Shown piece by piece: positions 1 through 11,895 of a stretch of 64,000 nucleotides of DNA (position 1 is the first letter of the stretch; each line of letters begins with the position of its first letter). The stretch lies in NCBI RefSeq assembly GCF_009914755.1, contig NC_060931.1. One strand, written 5' to 3'. The stretch comes from the human T2T-CHM13v2.0 reference genome, Homo sapiens. Made by a program: the position numbers and the translations under genes. Below the pieces are notes generated by a model. That model searched no databases, was not told where the DNA came from, and was given only the letters and a program-made list of their open reading frames with translations.

Positions 1-227
1 ATCAGTTTTCAGAGGCTTGAGACTATCCTCTGTGTGGTAGCACTTGGAAGCCTGAGTGAGGAGACAAGATGATAAATAATTGGGTTGATCTAGGACTGGG
101 GAAAGGCAAACCCAAAGTGGCAAGGAAATGAAGACATTGAGGGTGCTAGTAAGAATATTGAAATGATTGATCTTGGGCTTGAGAAATGCTAAAGAAGGAA
201 ATAAAACCAGTATAAGAATTCCTAAAT

Positions 228-749
228 CAGTGGTCCCCAACCTTTTTGGCACCAGGGACCAGTTTCATGGAAGACAATTTTCTCACGGATGAGGGGTGGG
301 GGTGTGGTTTCAGGATGATTCAAGCGCATTACATTTATTGTGCACTTTATTTCTATTTACATTGTACTATACAATGAAATAATTATACAACTCACAGTAA
401 TGTAGAATCAGTGGGAGCCCTGAGCTTGTTTTCCTGCAACTAGATGGTCCCATATGGGAGTGATAGGAGACAGTGACAGATCATCAGGCATTAGATTCTC
501 ACAAGGAATGCACAACCTAGATCCCTCTCTTGCACAGTTCACAATAGGGTTTGCACTCCTGTGAGAAACTAATGCTGCTATTGATCTGACAGGAGGCGGA
601 GCTCAGGCAGCAGTGTGTGAGATGAGTGGCTGTAAATAACAGATGACGCTTAGCTCCCTTGCCTGCTGCTCACCTCCTGCTGTGTGGCCTGGTTCCTAAC
701 AGGCCAGGGAGCAGAACTGGTCTGCGGCCCTGGGAGTTGGGGACCCCTG
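228..749 (-). mobile_element. MER1A (hAT-Charlie DNA transposon fossil)
   Basis: TIRs cagtggtcccc...ggggacccctg; degenerate 8-bp TSD tcctaaat/gtctaaat. Confidence 0.85.
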
Positions 750-1474
750 GTCTAAATTATATGAGTCTATGAAGTTTTAGACTGGTAATTCCCAACTGAA
801 ACTTTTGCAAGATCAAAAAGAAAAGCAATTATGTTTGAGTTGAACTATTTAGTGTATCCTTATTAGGAGTCTATGCCAGGCTCTATATATGGCACTAAGG
901 ATAGAGAGGTAAGTGAACCATAGCTTTACCTTATGAGAACTGACAACAGAGTTGTACAGATGCCAATTGCAATGAAGATTTTAAGTATGTTCATTCTTTT
1001 TGAATCTATGACCTTTTGCCAGCCTCTGTTAGAAACAGGCATTTAAATTTTTGTAGGCAACCTTAATTATTGAAACACCATTTTTAACTATAGCTATATT
1101 TAGTTCGTGTGCTTCTACTGCTAGAATATTTATTTTTTTCAAAAATTCTACTTTAACACTTATTCAAAGTTTGTAGAAGCGAAAACTGAAAGAGCCTCTA
1201 ATGATCACTTAATCCACTTTCTCAGAGTGTGGTATGTGTGTACCACTGGTCATAAACAGGATGCTTTGTAGATAAAACACAATCAAGCCTTTTTAATAGT
1301 TATATATTTCAGTGTAGGTTAAAAATATATTTAGCATAGCATACCATGATTCATGGACCTTATGAAGAGATTAAAGTCAATTTTCAGATTTTAAAAATGA
1401 GTCAGTTTAAAGAAAAATATTAATGGCATAGGTGTTACATGACTGAAGTTTGGGAAATACTAATCTAAACCAGC

Positions 1475-1612
1475 TCCTACATTGTGTAGATGAGAAAACA
1501 AAGGGGTTCCCCACACACAGTGACTTTTCTGAGGCATATAACTAATATACGGCAGAGCTAGGACTAGAACTCAGGTTCGTTCAGTACATTCCAGTGTTTA
1601 TTCTGCCATACA
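1475..1612. mobile_element. MIR fragment
   Basis: agatgagaaaac...gagctaggactagaactcagg MIR core-like. Confidence 0.55.
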
Positions 1613-1689
1613 AGGCTGATGCTTATTACTAAAGTTGAAGAAACCGCTGTCTTAGTATGACATTGTACTTTAAATCTCCATTGTTCATT

Positions 1690-1862
1690 ACGATGACCAC
1701 ATATGGTTATTTATATTAAAATTTGTTAAAATTAAGGTTTAAAATTTGAATTAGTCACATTTCTAGTGCTCAGTAGCTACATGTGGCTAGTGGCTACCAT
1801 ATTGGACAGCATGAACATGAAACATTTCTGTCATTGCAGAAAGTTTTATTGGGCAGTGCTGC
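1690..1862. mobile_element. MER3/MER33-like hAT fossil
   Basis: cacatttctagtgctcagtagctacatgtggctagtggctaccatattggacagc...gggcagtgctg. Confidence 0.7.
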
Positions 1863-2259
1863 TTTAAACTATTGCTTAGGAATATGATTCATAAGTTTTC
1901 CCCCCTTCAAAGGGATAATACTTATTAATTTGCTTACCACACTGAAGTTGTTATAACTCTGAAGTTAAGCTGAAGGTACTAGTAACAGTGCAATTAAGAT
2001 AATTGATCATGGGAAATATAGCCAGGATGGGATTCTCACATTCCTACCAGCTCATTTTATTGGAAGTGGTTGTTCTTTCTCCTTTTTTTTCAATAAATAT
2101 TTTCTTGAATTCATAGCAGATAGAGAGAAGAAATACAAATATATTGAAAAAGAGGGTTCTTGAATAGAGAATTTTCTGACTTTCTGAATAGTTTATTCAA
2201 CGTAAGAATTATATTTTGCTGATATTTTAAAACTTTTTATTTTTAAACATTTTCAGTGA

Positions 2260-2316
2260 ATGGACCTGAGTGGACCCTTTGATCACATCAGTAAACATGA
2301 GCGGTACCAAACCTGA
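2260..2316 (+). promoter_or_regulatory. Out-of-frame upstream ORF overlapping the MIOS start ([18 protein letters not shown])
   Basis: ATG 2260 within the exon (context tgaATGG); stop TGA 2314-2316 lies downstream of main ATG 2297. Confidence 0.6.
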
Positions 2317-3590
2317 TATTTTATGGGCACCACACCATGTTGATAGATTTGTTGTGTGTGACTCAGAACTAAGTCTTTATCATGTGGAATCTACTGTGAA
2401 TTCAGAACTCAAAGCTGGATCTTTACGTTTATCTGAAGACTCTGCAGCTACATTACTGTCAATAAATTCAGATACACCCTATATGAAATGTGTTGCCTGG
2501 TATCTTAATTATGATCCTGAATGTCTGCTGGCAGTTGGACAAGCAAATGGTCGAGTTGTACTTACAAGCCTTGGTCAAGATCATAACTCAAAGTTCAAAG
2601 ATTTGATAGGAAAAGAGTTTGTTCCAAAACATGCACGACAATGTAATACCCTTGCCTGGAATCCACTGGATAGTAACTGGCTAGCTGCTGGTTTAGATAA
2701 GCACAGAGCTGACTTTTCAGTGCTAATATGGGATATCTGCAGCAAATATACTCCTGATATAGTTCCCATGGAAAAAGTGAAACTTTCAGCAGGTGAAACT
2801 GAAACAACATTATTAGTAACAAAACCACTTTATGAGTTAGGACAGAATGATGCTTGTCTGTCTCTTTGTTGGCTTCCACGAGACCAGAAACTTCTCCTTG
2901 CTGGTATGCATCGTAACCTAGCTATATTTGATCTTCGGAATACAAGCCAAAAGATGTTCGTAAATACAAAAGCTGTTCAGGGTGTGACGGTAGACCCATA
3001 TTTCCACGATCGTGTTGCTTCCTTCTATGAAGGTCAGGTTGCAATATGGGATCTTAGAAAATTTGAGAAGCCAGTTTTGACATTGACTGAGCAACCAAAA
3101 CCCTTAACAAAAGTAGCATGGTGTCCCACTAGGACTGGTCTACTTGCCACTTTAACAAGGGATAGTAATATTATTAGATTGTATGATATGCAGCATACAC
3201 CCACTCCCATTGGGGATGAAACTGAACCCACAATAATTGAAAGAAGTGTGCAACCTTGTGACAATTACATTGCTTCCTTTGCGTGGCATCCAACAAGTCA
3301 AAATCGAATGATAGTTGTAACTCCCAACCGAACAATGTCAGACTTCACTGTTTTTGAAAGGATATCTCTTGCCTGGAGCCCAATTACATCTTTAATGTGG
3401 GCTTGTGGTCGTCATTTATATGAATGTACGGAAGAAGAAAATGATAATTCTTTAGAAAAAGATATAGCAACGAAGATGCGTCTTCGGGCTTTATCAAGGT
3501 ATGGACTTGATACAGAGCAGGTGTGGAGGAACCACATTTTAGCTGGAAATGAAGATCCACAGCTCAAGTCACTCTGGTATACTCTGCACT
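2297..3590 (+). CDS. MIOS: MIOS coding exon 1 (exon starts 2257; aa 1-431, N-terminal WD40 beta-propeller)
   Basis: [21 protein letters not shown]... recognised as MIOS. Acceptor tttcag at 2251-2256, ATG 2297 (aaacATG). WD repeats (LIWD, AIFDLR, AIWDLR, RLYD). Ends at the U12 donor ATATCCTTT (3591). Confidence 0.97.
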
Positions 3591-3918
3591 ATATCCTTTT
3601 CATTGTGAATTTTGTGAGGTGAATCAGGTAGAAATGTTCTTGAAGTTTGCCAAAAGGTCAGTCTGTAAATATGCTCAATGTTTTATATACAAATACAAGT
3701 TACATAATACTAACATTATAAAGTAAAATTGTTCTAAACTTTCGAACTTGAAATACTGCTTTGTAGATTGTGTAGGAGGAAGAAAAGTGTATCTCTGCAA
3801 TAGAGTCGAACCACCTTATTTACACTGATACTTATTATGAATTGGCTCCAAATCAAAATAAATTTAGCTTTGAAATATATTGTCATGCATCACTAGTATT
3901 TCCTATGCATTTAAATAC
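3591..3918 (+). other. U12-type (minor spliceosome) AT-AC intron, 328 nt
   Basis: 5' end ATATCCTTTT matches the U12 donor consensus; 3' end ...ttaaatAC. The AT-AC join restores the MIOS frame. Candidate branch site TTCCTATGCA at about 3900-3909. Confidence 0.92.
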
Positions 3919-4017
3919 TTATGAAGCAATACACAGAAGATATGGATCAGAAATCTCCAGGCAACAAAGGATCATTGGTTTATGCAGGAATTAAATCAAT
4001 TGTAAAGTCATCGTTGG
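3919..4017 (+). CDS. MIOS: MIOS coding exon 2 ([12 protein letters not shown]...KSSLG)
   Basis: Follows AC at 3917-3918; T+TT gives Phe in frame; donor G/GTAAGA at 4018. Confidence 0.93.
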
Positions 4018-4683
4018 GTAAGAAAATTCTATTTCATTTTCTCCAATATGTTTATAACTTTTGTACTTTTATTTTGCCCCCTGTCATTTGGCAGAAATTA
4101 TCTAGTTATTTCAGGATCATGTACATAATTTTTTTTGTTTTCTGATTGGATATTTCATTGTATTGTTGAGTTAAATGCATACTTGTATTTATATCCAAAA
4201 CCCTTTTTGCAGGGAGTCTTAATTCTCTGAAGTGATGTTGATCTTCTTAAATCTATCCACACGTTTATTCAATGTTATTTTTTTGAAAACCCACTTTGAG
4301 AGGTTTTACACTAGACAATTTACAGATTACTGATTGTTAGTTCAGGTTTTATCGCAACATTTTGCTTCTTAAAAACTAAAAAGATCTCTAATTGAAGGAG
4401 ATCCCTTTTTATTTTGCTCCTCAAATACTTTCATTGAGCCATCTAACAGCAAGGAGTATGATATGAAATATGGCCTAACGTGGAGGAATTATACCTGATA
4501 TAGTCCTTGGTTAATTAGTGAATGAATTAATTAATGTGTGAGTTAATGTAGGATTGAAAATTGGTATGGTAAACTATTAAAGAATAAAAGTGACAAAAAC
4601 CAAACTTTTTTTTTTTTCTGACTGCTTTAAACAGTTGTTCCTATTCTTTTACTGGAATTGAATAATGGGTTATGTTAGAATTG

Positions 4684-4906
4684 CAGGTTGAGTATACCTT
4701 ATCCAAAATGGCTTGGGACCAAAAATGTTTCAGATACTTTCAGATTTTGAAATATTTGCGTTATATACTTAGAGACTGACCATCCCTATTCTGAAATCCA
4801 AAATGCTCCGATGAGCATTTCCTTTGAATATCATCTCAGCACTTAGAAAGTTTCAGATTTTGAAGCCTTTTGGACTTCAGTTTTCAGATTTGGGATGCTC
4901 ACCCTG
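4684..4906. mobile_element. Tigger4a/MER46A (TcMar) MITE
   Basis: TIRs caggttgagtat...gatgctcaccctg followed by TA. Confidence 0.8.
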
Positions 4907-6027
4907 TATCTCTGTGATCTAGGATTCGTTCTCTAACTTTTGGTAAGTCAAATTTGGGCCCAAGTCAAGCTGTTAGAAAAGTAGTTAACATTATTTAGTC
5001 AAAGAGCAGTAATAGAAGTAGTAAATCCAATTTGATTTTTTACGGAGCTTGTATCAGTACCATACAAACAAAATACAAAATAATAAAATATTTTAGAGTA
5101 GGTTAAGTGTTTTAATTAAACTGTTACATTATAGTGTTTTTTTAACGTCTTTCAAATTACTTTGGTTCACTTTACTGAAAGATGCAGTAGACTACTTACT
5201 GATCAGTTTGATTTTATTGTTTTTGTATTAGCCCTCCACCAAAAAAAGTAACCTTTATTATAAATAGTAAAATGAATAAGTTTAGTTAGAAGCTGCTGTT
5301 TTTATTAACATAGGTAAAAGGGCACACATACTGTTTTACTCCCACAAATGAACCTGGTACCATGGTTCAAGATTTTAGAGCCATTGCCTATTGCTACAAA
5401 GAATTAAACACCAAGTTTATAGAATTTATAGTGTTTTAGCTATATAGTAGATCAGGCCACACTGCACTCAATTATTTAGAGGTTGGTTATTGTGTTTTTT
5501 GTATTTTGATATATTTTAAGGAAAAGCCAGCATCTGAGGAAAAGCAAAAGGGGAAAATGTAATATGTTTATGTTTCTGGTGCACTAGAGACAAACTGAGT
5601 ATCCCACCCCTGTGTCAAAATAGTCTCTACCCAGACTAAAGAAACACTACTGTTGGAAAGATTTCCTCATTCATCATTCTCTCATTGCTAGGTTTTCAGC
5701 TTTTTTTTTTTTGTTTGGTATAGATATTTTTGTTTCTACTACCCAAAGGTGAAAAGTAGAGAAATACTGTCAAATATGCCACTCTTAGATTTCAGTCTTC
5801 TGTTTTATTTGGCCATACCTTTTCCTCTAATTGTATCTCTAATAATCAACACATGGTAAGTCAACACATTGAGCCATCTTGTCCACAGTAACCTAATACA
5901 CAAGTTTATTAGAGCATACAGCTAAATTTTAATTTTGGTAACAAATAGTATATATATAAGTGCTTGCTATGAATTAGTTGCTTTTCCCATGTTACTTTAA
6001 TTTTTACAACTACAATATGAAGTAAGC

Positions 6028-8050
6028 TCATTCATTCAGCAAGTATTTATTACCTACATGCATGCTATATGCCAGGAGTTATCCTAGGAACTAGAGACAT
6101 AACTCTCAAGAAGATACATAAATCTCTTCCCTCATGGAGATTGAGCAGGATCAATGTCATCCCTGCTCTTGAGGAGTTTATATTCTAGTTTAGAATATAG
6201 ACAAGTAAGCTGGCAGTTATAACATAGGGAAGAACAGACAGTTAATTACAGGAAGGACTCCTAATCTGGTTGCAGGGATTAGAGGTTTCTCAGAGGAGGT
6301 ACAGTTAAAGACAAGGTCCAGACAGGGAGCAGCATGTGCAGTGGACCCAGAGGGTAGAGAGCATAGCACATTATTATGGCTGAAACAGAGCATGAGAGAG
6401 GAAGTGAGGAAAGAATGGAGGCTAGAAAGGTAAGCAGTGGGCTAACTCAAGAAAGACTTAGAAATCATGTTAAGAATTTAGGGAGATTCATCTTGTAAGA
6501 CGGGGAAACAGATGGATTTGTGACAGATTTGTGTTTTAAAAGGATCAAGATTGATAGTAGGGATATCAGATAGAAGCCTGCTGCAAGGAGGCAAGACGTG
6601 ATGCTATCCTTACCAAGGTTAGTAGCAGAGGAGCTAGAGAAATGTGGATACATTAGAGAATAGGAGAAAATTTAATGATTAATTAGATAAAGGGGTGGAG
6701 AAGATGGAAAAGTCAAAGGTAGCACACATATATTTAGTTTGGGAAACTAGTTAATTTTAAGTATGTTAATTAGGAATAACACAGGAAGAGTATTTGGGTT
6801 TATTTTGGAGCAAGTTGAAATCAAGATGCTTAGGTAGAGACGTCCATTGGGCAATAGGATATCAGTTCAAAGCCCAGGGGAGGAATATAATGTATGTCAG
6901 AAATAAATGATATTTGATAGAGTAAATGGAATTGTTTGGAGTAAGAAAGAGATGGCTTAAAGGAGACTGAGGCAGATTGTCGAGAGATGTAGGAGAAAGA
7001 TCTATATGACAAAAACCGCAATCACTTTTGTACCAACCTAGTATACATTCATGTGGAAGAGAGGTCAGTTGTCCGGTGCTCCATGCTTCAGATCCAGCCA
7101 AATAAGAACTAAAAAGGACTCACTGAATTTAGGACTAGGAGAAGGTCTTTCACTGGCGGTATGGATAGCAAATTGCAGTTATATTAGAAATTCAGAGTGG
7201 GTTGAGGAAATGAAGTAATCAATTATAAATACTTTTTTTGAAGGAATTTGACTATATAAAGGAGGACAAAAAGATACGCAGTAGGAGGAGACAAATCTGG
7301 AGCCGGGAGCTTTGTGTTGCTTTATTTCTGTTTTCAACATGGGATTAATTTAAGCATGTTTAAATGCTAATTGAAGGAAGCCCATAGAGGTTAAAGATGC
7401 AGAGAGAAGGGAGTGAAGCGAAGTTCCTAGAAATGGGAGGGAATGGGATCCAGAGCACAGGTTTCTTTAGCTTTAGATACAAGGGTGCACACCTCCACAT
7501 TTGCCAGGGGAAAGGGGGAAAGGATGCTGTATGCAGGATGTTTGAGTTTCAATAACCAGAGGCTGAGGGATTTCCCATTTTATGGCTGCTGTTGAGAAGG
7601 AGCAGGGAGGTCGTAGGAAGAGGATATGGAGAAGAGGAGAGAGAGCTGTCTTGAGAAATATGGGAGGATTACTGGGTAACATTATTTTACCAGAAGGCAG
7701 AATAAAGGACAGTAGGGCAAGATAATTAAATATATTGGCAAGAGAGTGGTTCACTTGACCCTTGGGATCTTATTTGGATAGAGATGAAAATGAAGACAGG
7801 ATAAGACTGATAAGTAAAAATAATAGTGGTGAAGACACTGCGAGGTTGTGAAAAATATAAGGAAGTGAGATTTTTGGAAGGCTATGTGGTTGTGGTTAGA
7901 AAGTAGGTCTTTTGGAGGAGGACAGTTTCAAGTGTGGCTGTGAAAGGAGTAGCTAAAGTCTTGGAGGTGTAGACCACTGGAGATAAGGAAGCAAAGGAAC
8001 TGAGAGGCTAGTTTATTGAATGGGCTAAGTGCTTAGATCAACCAGGATGA
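6028..8050 (-). mobile_element. L2 LINE remnant(s), boundaries approximate
   Basis: ttcattcagcaagtatttatt (reverse L2 3' end) followed by purine-rich L2-like body. Confidence 0.6.
7006..7041. mobile_element. Half MADE1 (solo Hsmar1 terminal inverted repeat)
   Basis: atgacaaaaaccgcaatcacttttgtaccaacctag matches the MADE1 arm. Confidence 0.75.
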
Positions 8051-8219
8051 GAAGAATGCATGCTCTGAGGGAATCTCTTCTACAGACCTGTATAGCAAGT
8101 TCACAGTGTTATTAGTAGGTATAATTCCTTCCTTTTAAGATGGCAGAAAGTTGTATAAAAAATATTGGCCTGCTTTAATCCATCATGAAAATAATATTTT
8201 TCATGCTTAAAGAGTAAAC

Positions 8220-8342
8220 TCTACAGTTCCGGCTACTCAGGAGGTTGAGATAGGAGGATCGCTTGGGCCCGGGAGTTTGAAACCAGTCTGGGTTACATAG
8301 AGACCCTGTCTCTCTTTTTCTTTAAAACAAACAAACAAAAAC
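8220..8342 (+). mobile_element. FLAM/Alu monomer fragment
   Basis: gctactcaggaggttgagataggaggatcgcttgggcccgggagtttga...gaccctgtctc. Confidence 0.75.
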
Positions 8343-8533
8343 GTAAAATCTAATCTAGAGAACTGAGAATTTGTCTATGCAAAATGACTTCAAGGGGCAA
8401 AATAGCTAGGATTTCTTATAAACTGGATAATTGTATTGCTTAGTTACTACATAGATATTAAAATGAAACAAATTAGTAGCTACAAAGAGCATAGTATCTG
8501 ATTGCTGATTTGAAAGAAATGTTTAAATCCTAA

Positions 8534-8831
8534 TTTTTTTTTTTTTGGAGACAGAGTCTCTCTCTCTGTCACCCAGGCTGGAGTGCAGTGACACAATCTT
8601 GGCTCACTGCAACTTCCACCTCCTGGGTTCAAGTGATTTTCGTGCCTCAGCCTCCTGAGTAGCTGGGATTACAGGCGCATGCCATTACACCTGGCTAATT
8701 TTTGTATTTTTTGTAGAGACAGGGTTTTGCCACATTGGCCAGGCTGGTCTCAAACTCCTAACCTCAAGTGATCTGCCTGCCTCGGGCTCCCAAAGTGCTG
8801 GGATTACAGGCGTGAGCCATCGTGCCTGGCC
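8534..8831 (-). mobile_element. Alu (S/J-type), full length
   Basis: Dimeric Alu with polyT; TSD taaatcctaattttt/taaaccctgattttt. Confidence 0.95.
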
Positions 8832-9205
8832 TAAACCCTGATTTTTAATGTTTAAATAAACTTGTTTTCCTCGCAGCCATCAGTAAAACGTTTTCTGTTA
8901 TTTATGTATGGGACAGTCTGAAATTTAGGAGATAAAATTTTGTTACTTTAGTGGTACATAACATGCATAAATATATTTTACTTCGTTTTCAGAGATATAT
9001 TAAAAATTTATATGTAAAACTCATAAGTTAAAACCCATGCTGACATCATATTGCTTATTTGATAATTCTGATAATCAACTGTAGCATAGTTATCAATAAA
9101 AAGATCTCTAAGCAGAAAAAATATGTGATACAATAACCATGTTCTTAACATGCAGGACATATTAATATTTCTACCTCCTAGCAGTGACCTCTTTGAATTC
9201 ATTTT

Positions 9206-9743
9206 CAGTCATCTACTGCACAATGACGTTTCTGTTAACAATCGACTGCATATATAATGGTGGCCCCATAAGATTTAATACTGTATTTTAACTTTACCTT
9301 TTCTGTGTTTAGGTACTCAAATACTTACCATTGTGTTAGAGTTGCCTGCAGTATTCAGTACAGTAACTTGCTATAAAGCAGAGGTGTCCAATCTTGTCTT
9401 CCCTGGGCCACAATGGAAGAATTGTCTTGGGCCACACATAAAATACACTAAGAATAGCTGATGAGCTAAAAAATAAAAAAGTTCTTAAAAAATCCCCCCA
9501 AAATCTCATAATGTTTTAAGAAAGTTTACAAATTTGTGTTGGGCCGCATTCAGAGCTGTCCTGGGCTGTGGGTTAGACAAGCTTGCTTTATAGCCTAGGA
9601 GCAACAGGCCCATGTAGCCCAGGTGTGTAGTGGGCTATGCCATCTAGGTTTGTGTAAGTACACTGTGATGTTCATACAACAACGAAATTGCGTAATGACA
9701 CATTTCTCAGAAGGTATCCCTACTGTTAATCAACTCATGACTG
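9206..9743. mobile_element. Tigger3a/MER7A-like element with nested MER30 (9379-9585)
   Basis: TIRs cagtcat...atgactg. MER30 ends cagaggtgtccaa...gacaagcttg with 8-bp TSD ctataaag/ctttatag. Confidence 0.75.
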
Positions 9744-10467
9744 GATTGTTCTCTATTCTGTTCCATGACATGATTTCTATAAAATAAAAACTCTTTGAGA
9801 AATTAGAATATTATTATTAAGCTGTAAGGAACCATTTGAAAAATAAATTGCTGATTTTTGCTCACCTGTTTTAAAATTGTATTAACACTAAATACCAGCT
9901 TTAAATCCAAAATTTATAGGAGAGATATGAAAATACACACCTTATAATACATCTCAGCCTCTACCTGAAATTAAATGACTGCATTCTGCCCTGACAATTT
10001 AAATTTGTTATTCAGAATGAATGTTTTAATTTTTTTAATAAGTGTTCTGTTAACTTTTATCATTAATCGTTAAAAGTTTTCACATTATAGTCCTTAAAAA
10101 TCCACTTTCATAAGCTAAAAGTGATTTTGTCTTTGGGCTGACTCCCCTCATGGTTGCAAATAAAGTAGCATGCTCCTTCTTTTTAGTGGGTAGGAAGTGC
10201 TGTTAAAGTAAGAAAACTTTTTGGAAGTTTCCTCTTAACTCCTTGACCTGAATTGGCAATAGTTTCCAATAGTCAGGTTAAAAATACGTAACTTCAAGTG
10301 GAATTATTTAACTATTTTTTGTATTTCCAAAATTTTACAAATAACACATCTTGAAACTTTTTCATAAAGCAATCGGATATAATTTAAAATATGTACTAAC
10401 ATGCATAATATTTTAGACTTGCCACAGCCTAAAATCAGATAATCACACAAGGTTTTTAAAAGTATGA

Positions 10468-10836
<369 letters not shown>

Positions 10837-10861
10837 TGAATACTTGAAAAGAGTAAAAATA

Positions 10862-11134
10862 GGCCGGGCACGGTGGCTCATGCCTGTAATCCCAGCACTT
10901 TGGGAGGCTGAGGTGGGTGGATCACCTGAGGTCGGGACTTCGAGACCAGCCCGGCCAACATGGCGAAACCCGGTCTCTACTAAAAATACAAAAATTAGCC
11001 GGGTGTGGTGGTGTGCACCTGTTGAGGCAGGAGAATCGCTTGAACCTGGGAGGCGGAGGTTGCAGTGAGCTGAGATCGTGTGCCATTGCACTCCAGCCTG
11101 GGTGACAGAGCAAGACTCCATCTCAAAAAAAGAA
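10862..11134 (+). mobile_element. AluS, right member of head-to-head pair (about 20-nt internal deletion)
   Basis: ggccgggcacggtggctc...tctcaaaaaa. Confidence 0.95.
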
Positions 11135-11269
11135 AAGAAAAATTTTATATATGTAATTTAACTTGCAAATGACAAGTTTTTAATATTTTCTTATTTTTGC
11201 TTGTGTTTGTTTATGCCTTTAATTCCTTGACCAGAATGACTATAGCTAAATTAACTTTGGTAGTGTATT

Positions 11270-11895
11270 TTCATTCATTTACTATCTCGTCATTTCCATG
11301 GGTCAGGAGTCTGGGCACACCTTAGCTGGGTCCTCTGTTGAGAGTCTCAAAAAGGCTAACCAGAAGGTATCAGCCAAATTGTATTTATTTCTAGAGGTTG
11401 GAGTGCTCTTCCAAGTTCATGGAGTTGTTGGCAGAATTCAGTTCCTTGCAACTGTGGGACTGAGGTAGCCATTTTCTTGAGGGCTAATGGCCAGAAATTG
11501 CTCTCAGCTCCTTAGAGGCTATTCACAGTTCCTTGCCACGTGGCCTTCTCACAGACCCTCTCAGAGCACAGCAGCTTTTACATCTTCAAGATCATCAGCA
11601 GGAGATCTGTCTCCTGCTGCTTCTCTCTTACCTCGAGACTGTCTTTCAAAGGGCTTACTTAATTAGGTCAGGCCCACACAGGATAATCTTCCCTTGATTC
11701 GCTCGGTGAACTGAGTAAGGGCCTTAATTATATCTGCAAAATGCTTTCACCTCTGCTGTATTCTGTTATCTCGAGACAAGTTACAGATTCTACCTGTACG
11801 CAAGGGGAGGGGTTTACACAAGAGTGTGGTTGGCGGGGCGGGAGGGCGGGCCAGGACAGGAATGCAGCCGTTTTTAACAGTTCTGCCTACAACCA
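11270..11895 (-). mobile_element. MLT1-family (ERVL-MaLR) LTR
   Basis: gggtcaggagtctgggcacaccttagctgggtcctct...gttggcagaattcagttccttg...ttctgcctac. Confidence 0.7.

Noticed and set aside
2270-2296. N-terminal extension MDPLITSVN in the ORF track
   Set aside because: Starts at GTG in poor context directly after an in-frame TGA; the recognised MIOS protein begins at ATG 2297.
3591-3622. ORF tail [10 protein letters not shown] as the true C-terminus of a 450-aa gene
   Set aside because: It is read-through into the AT-AC intron; the spliced frame continues over nine more exons.
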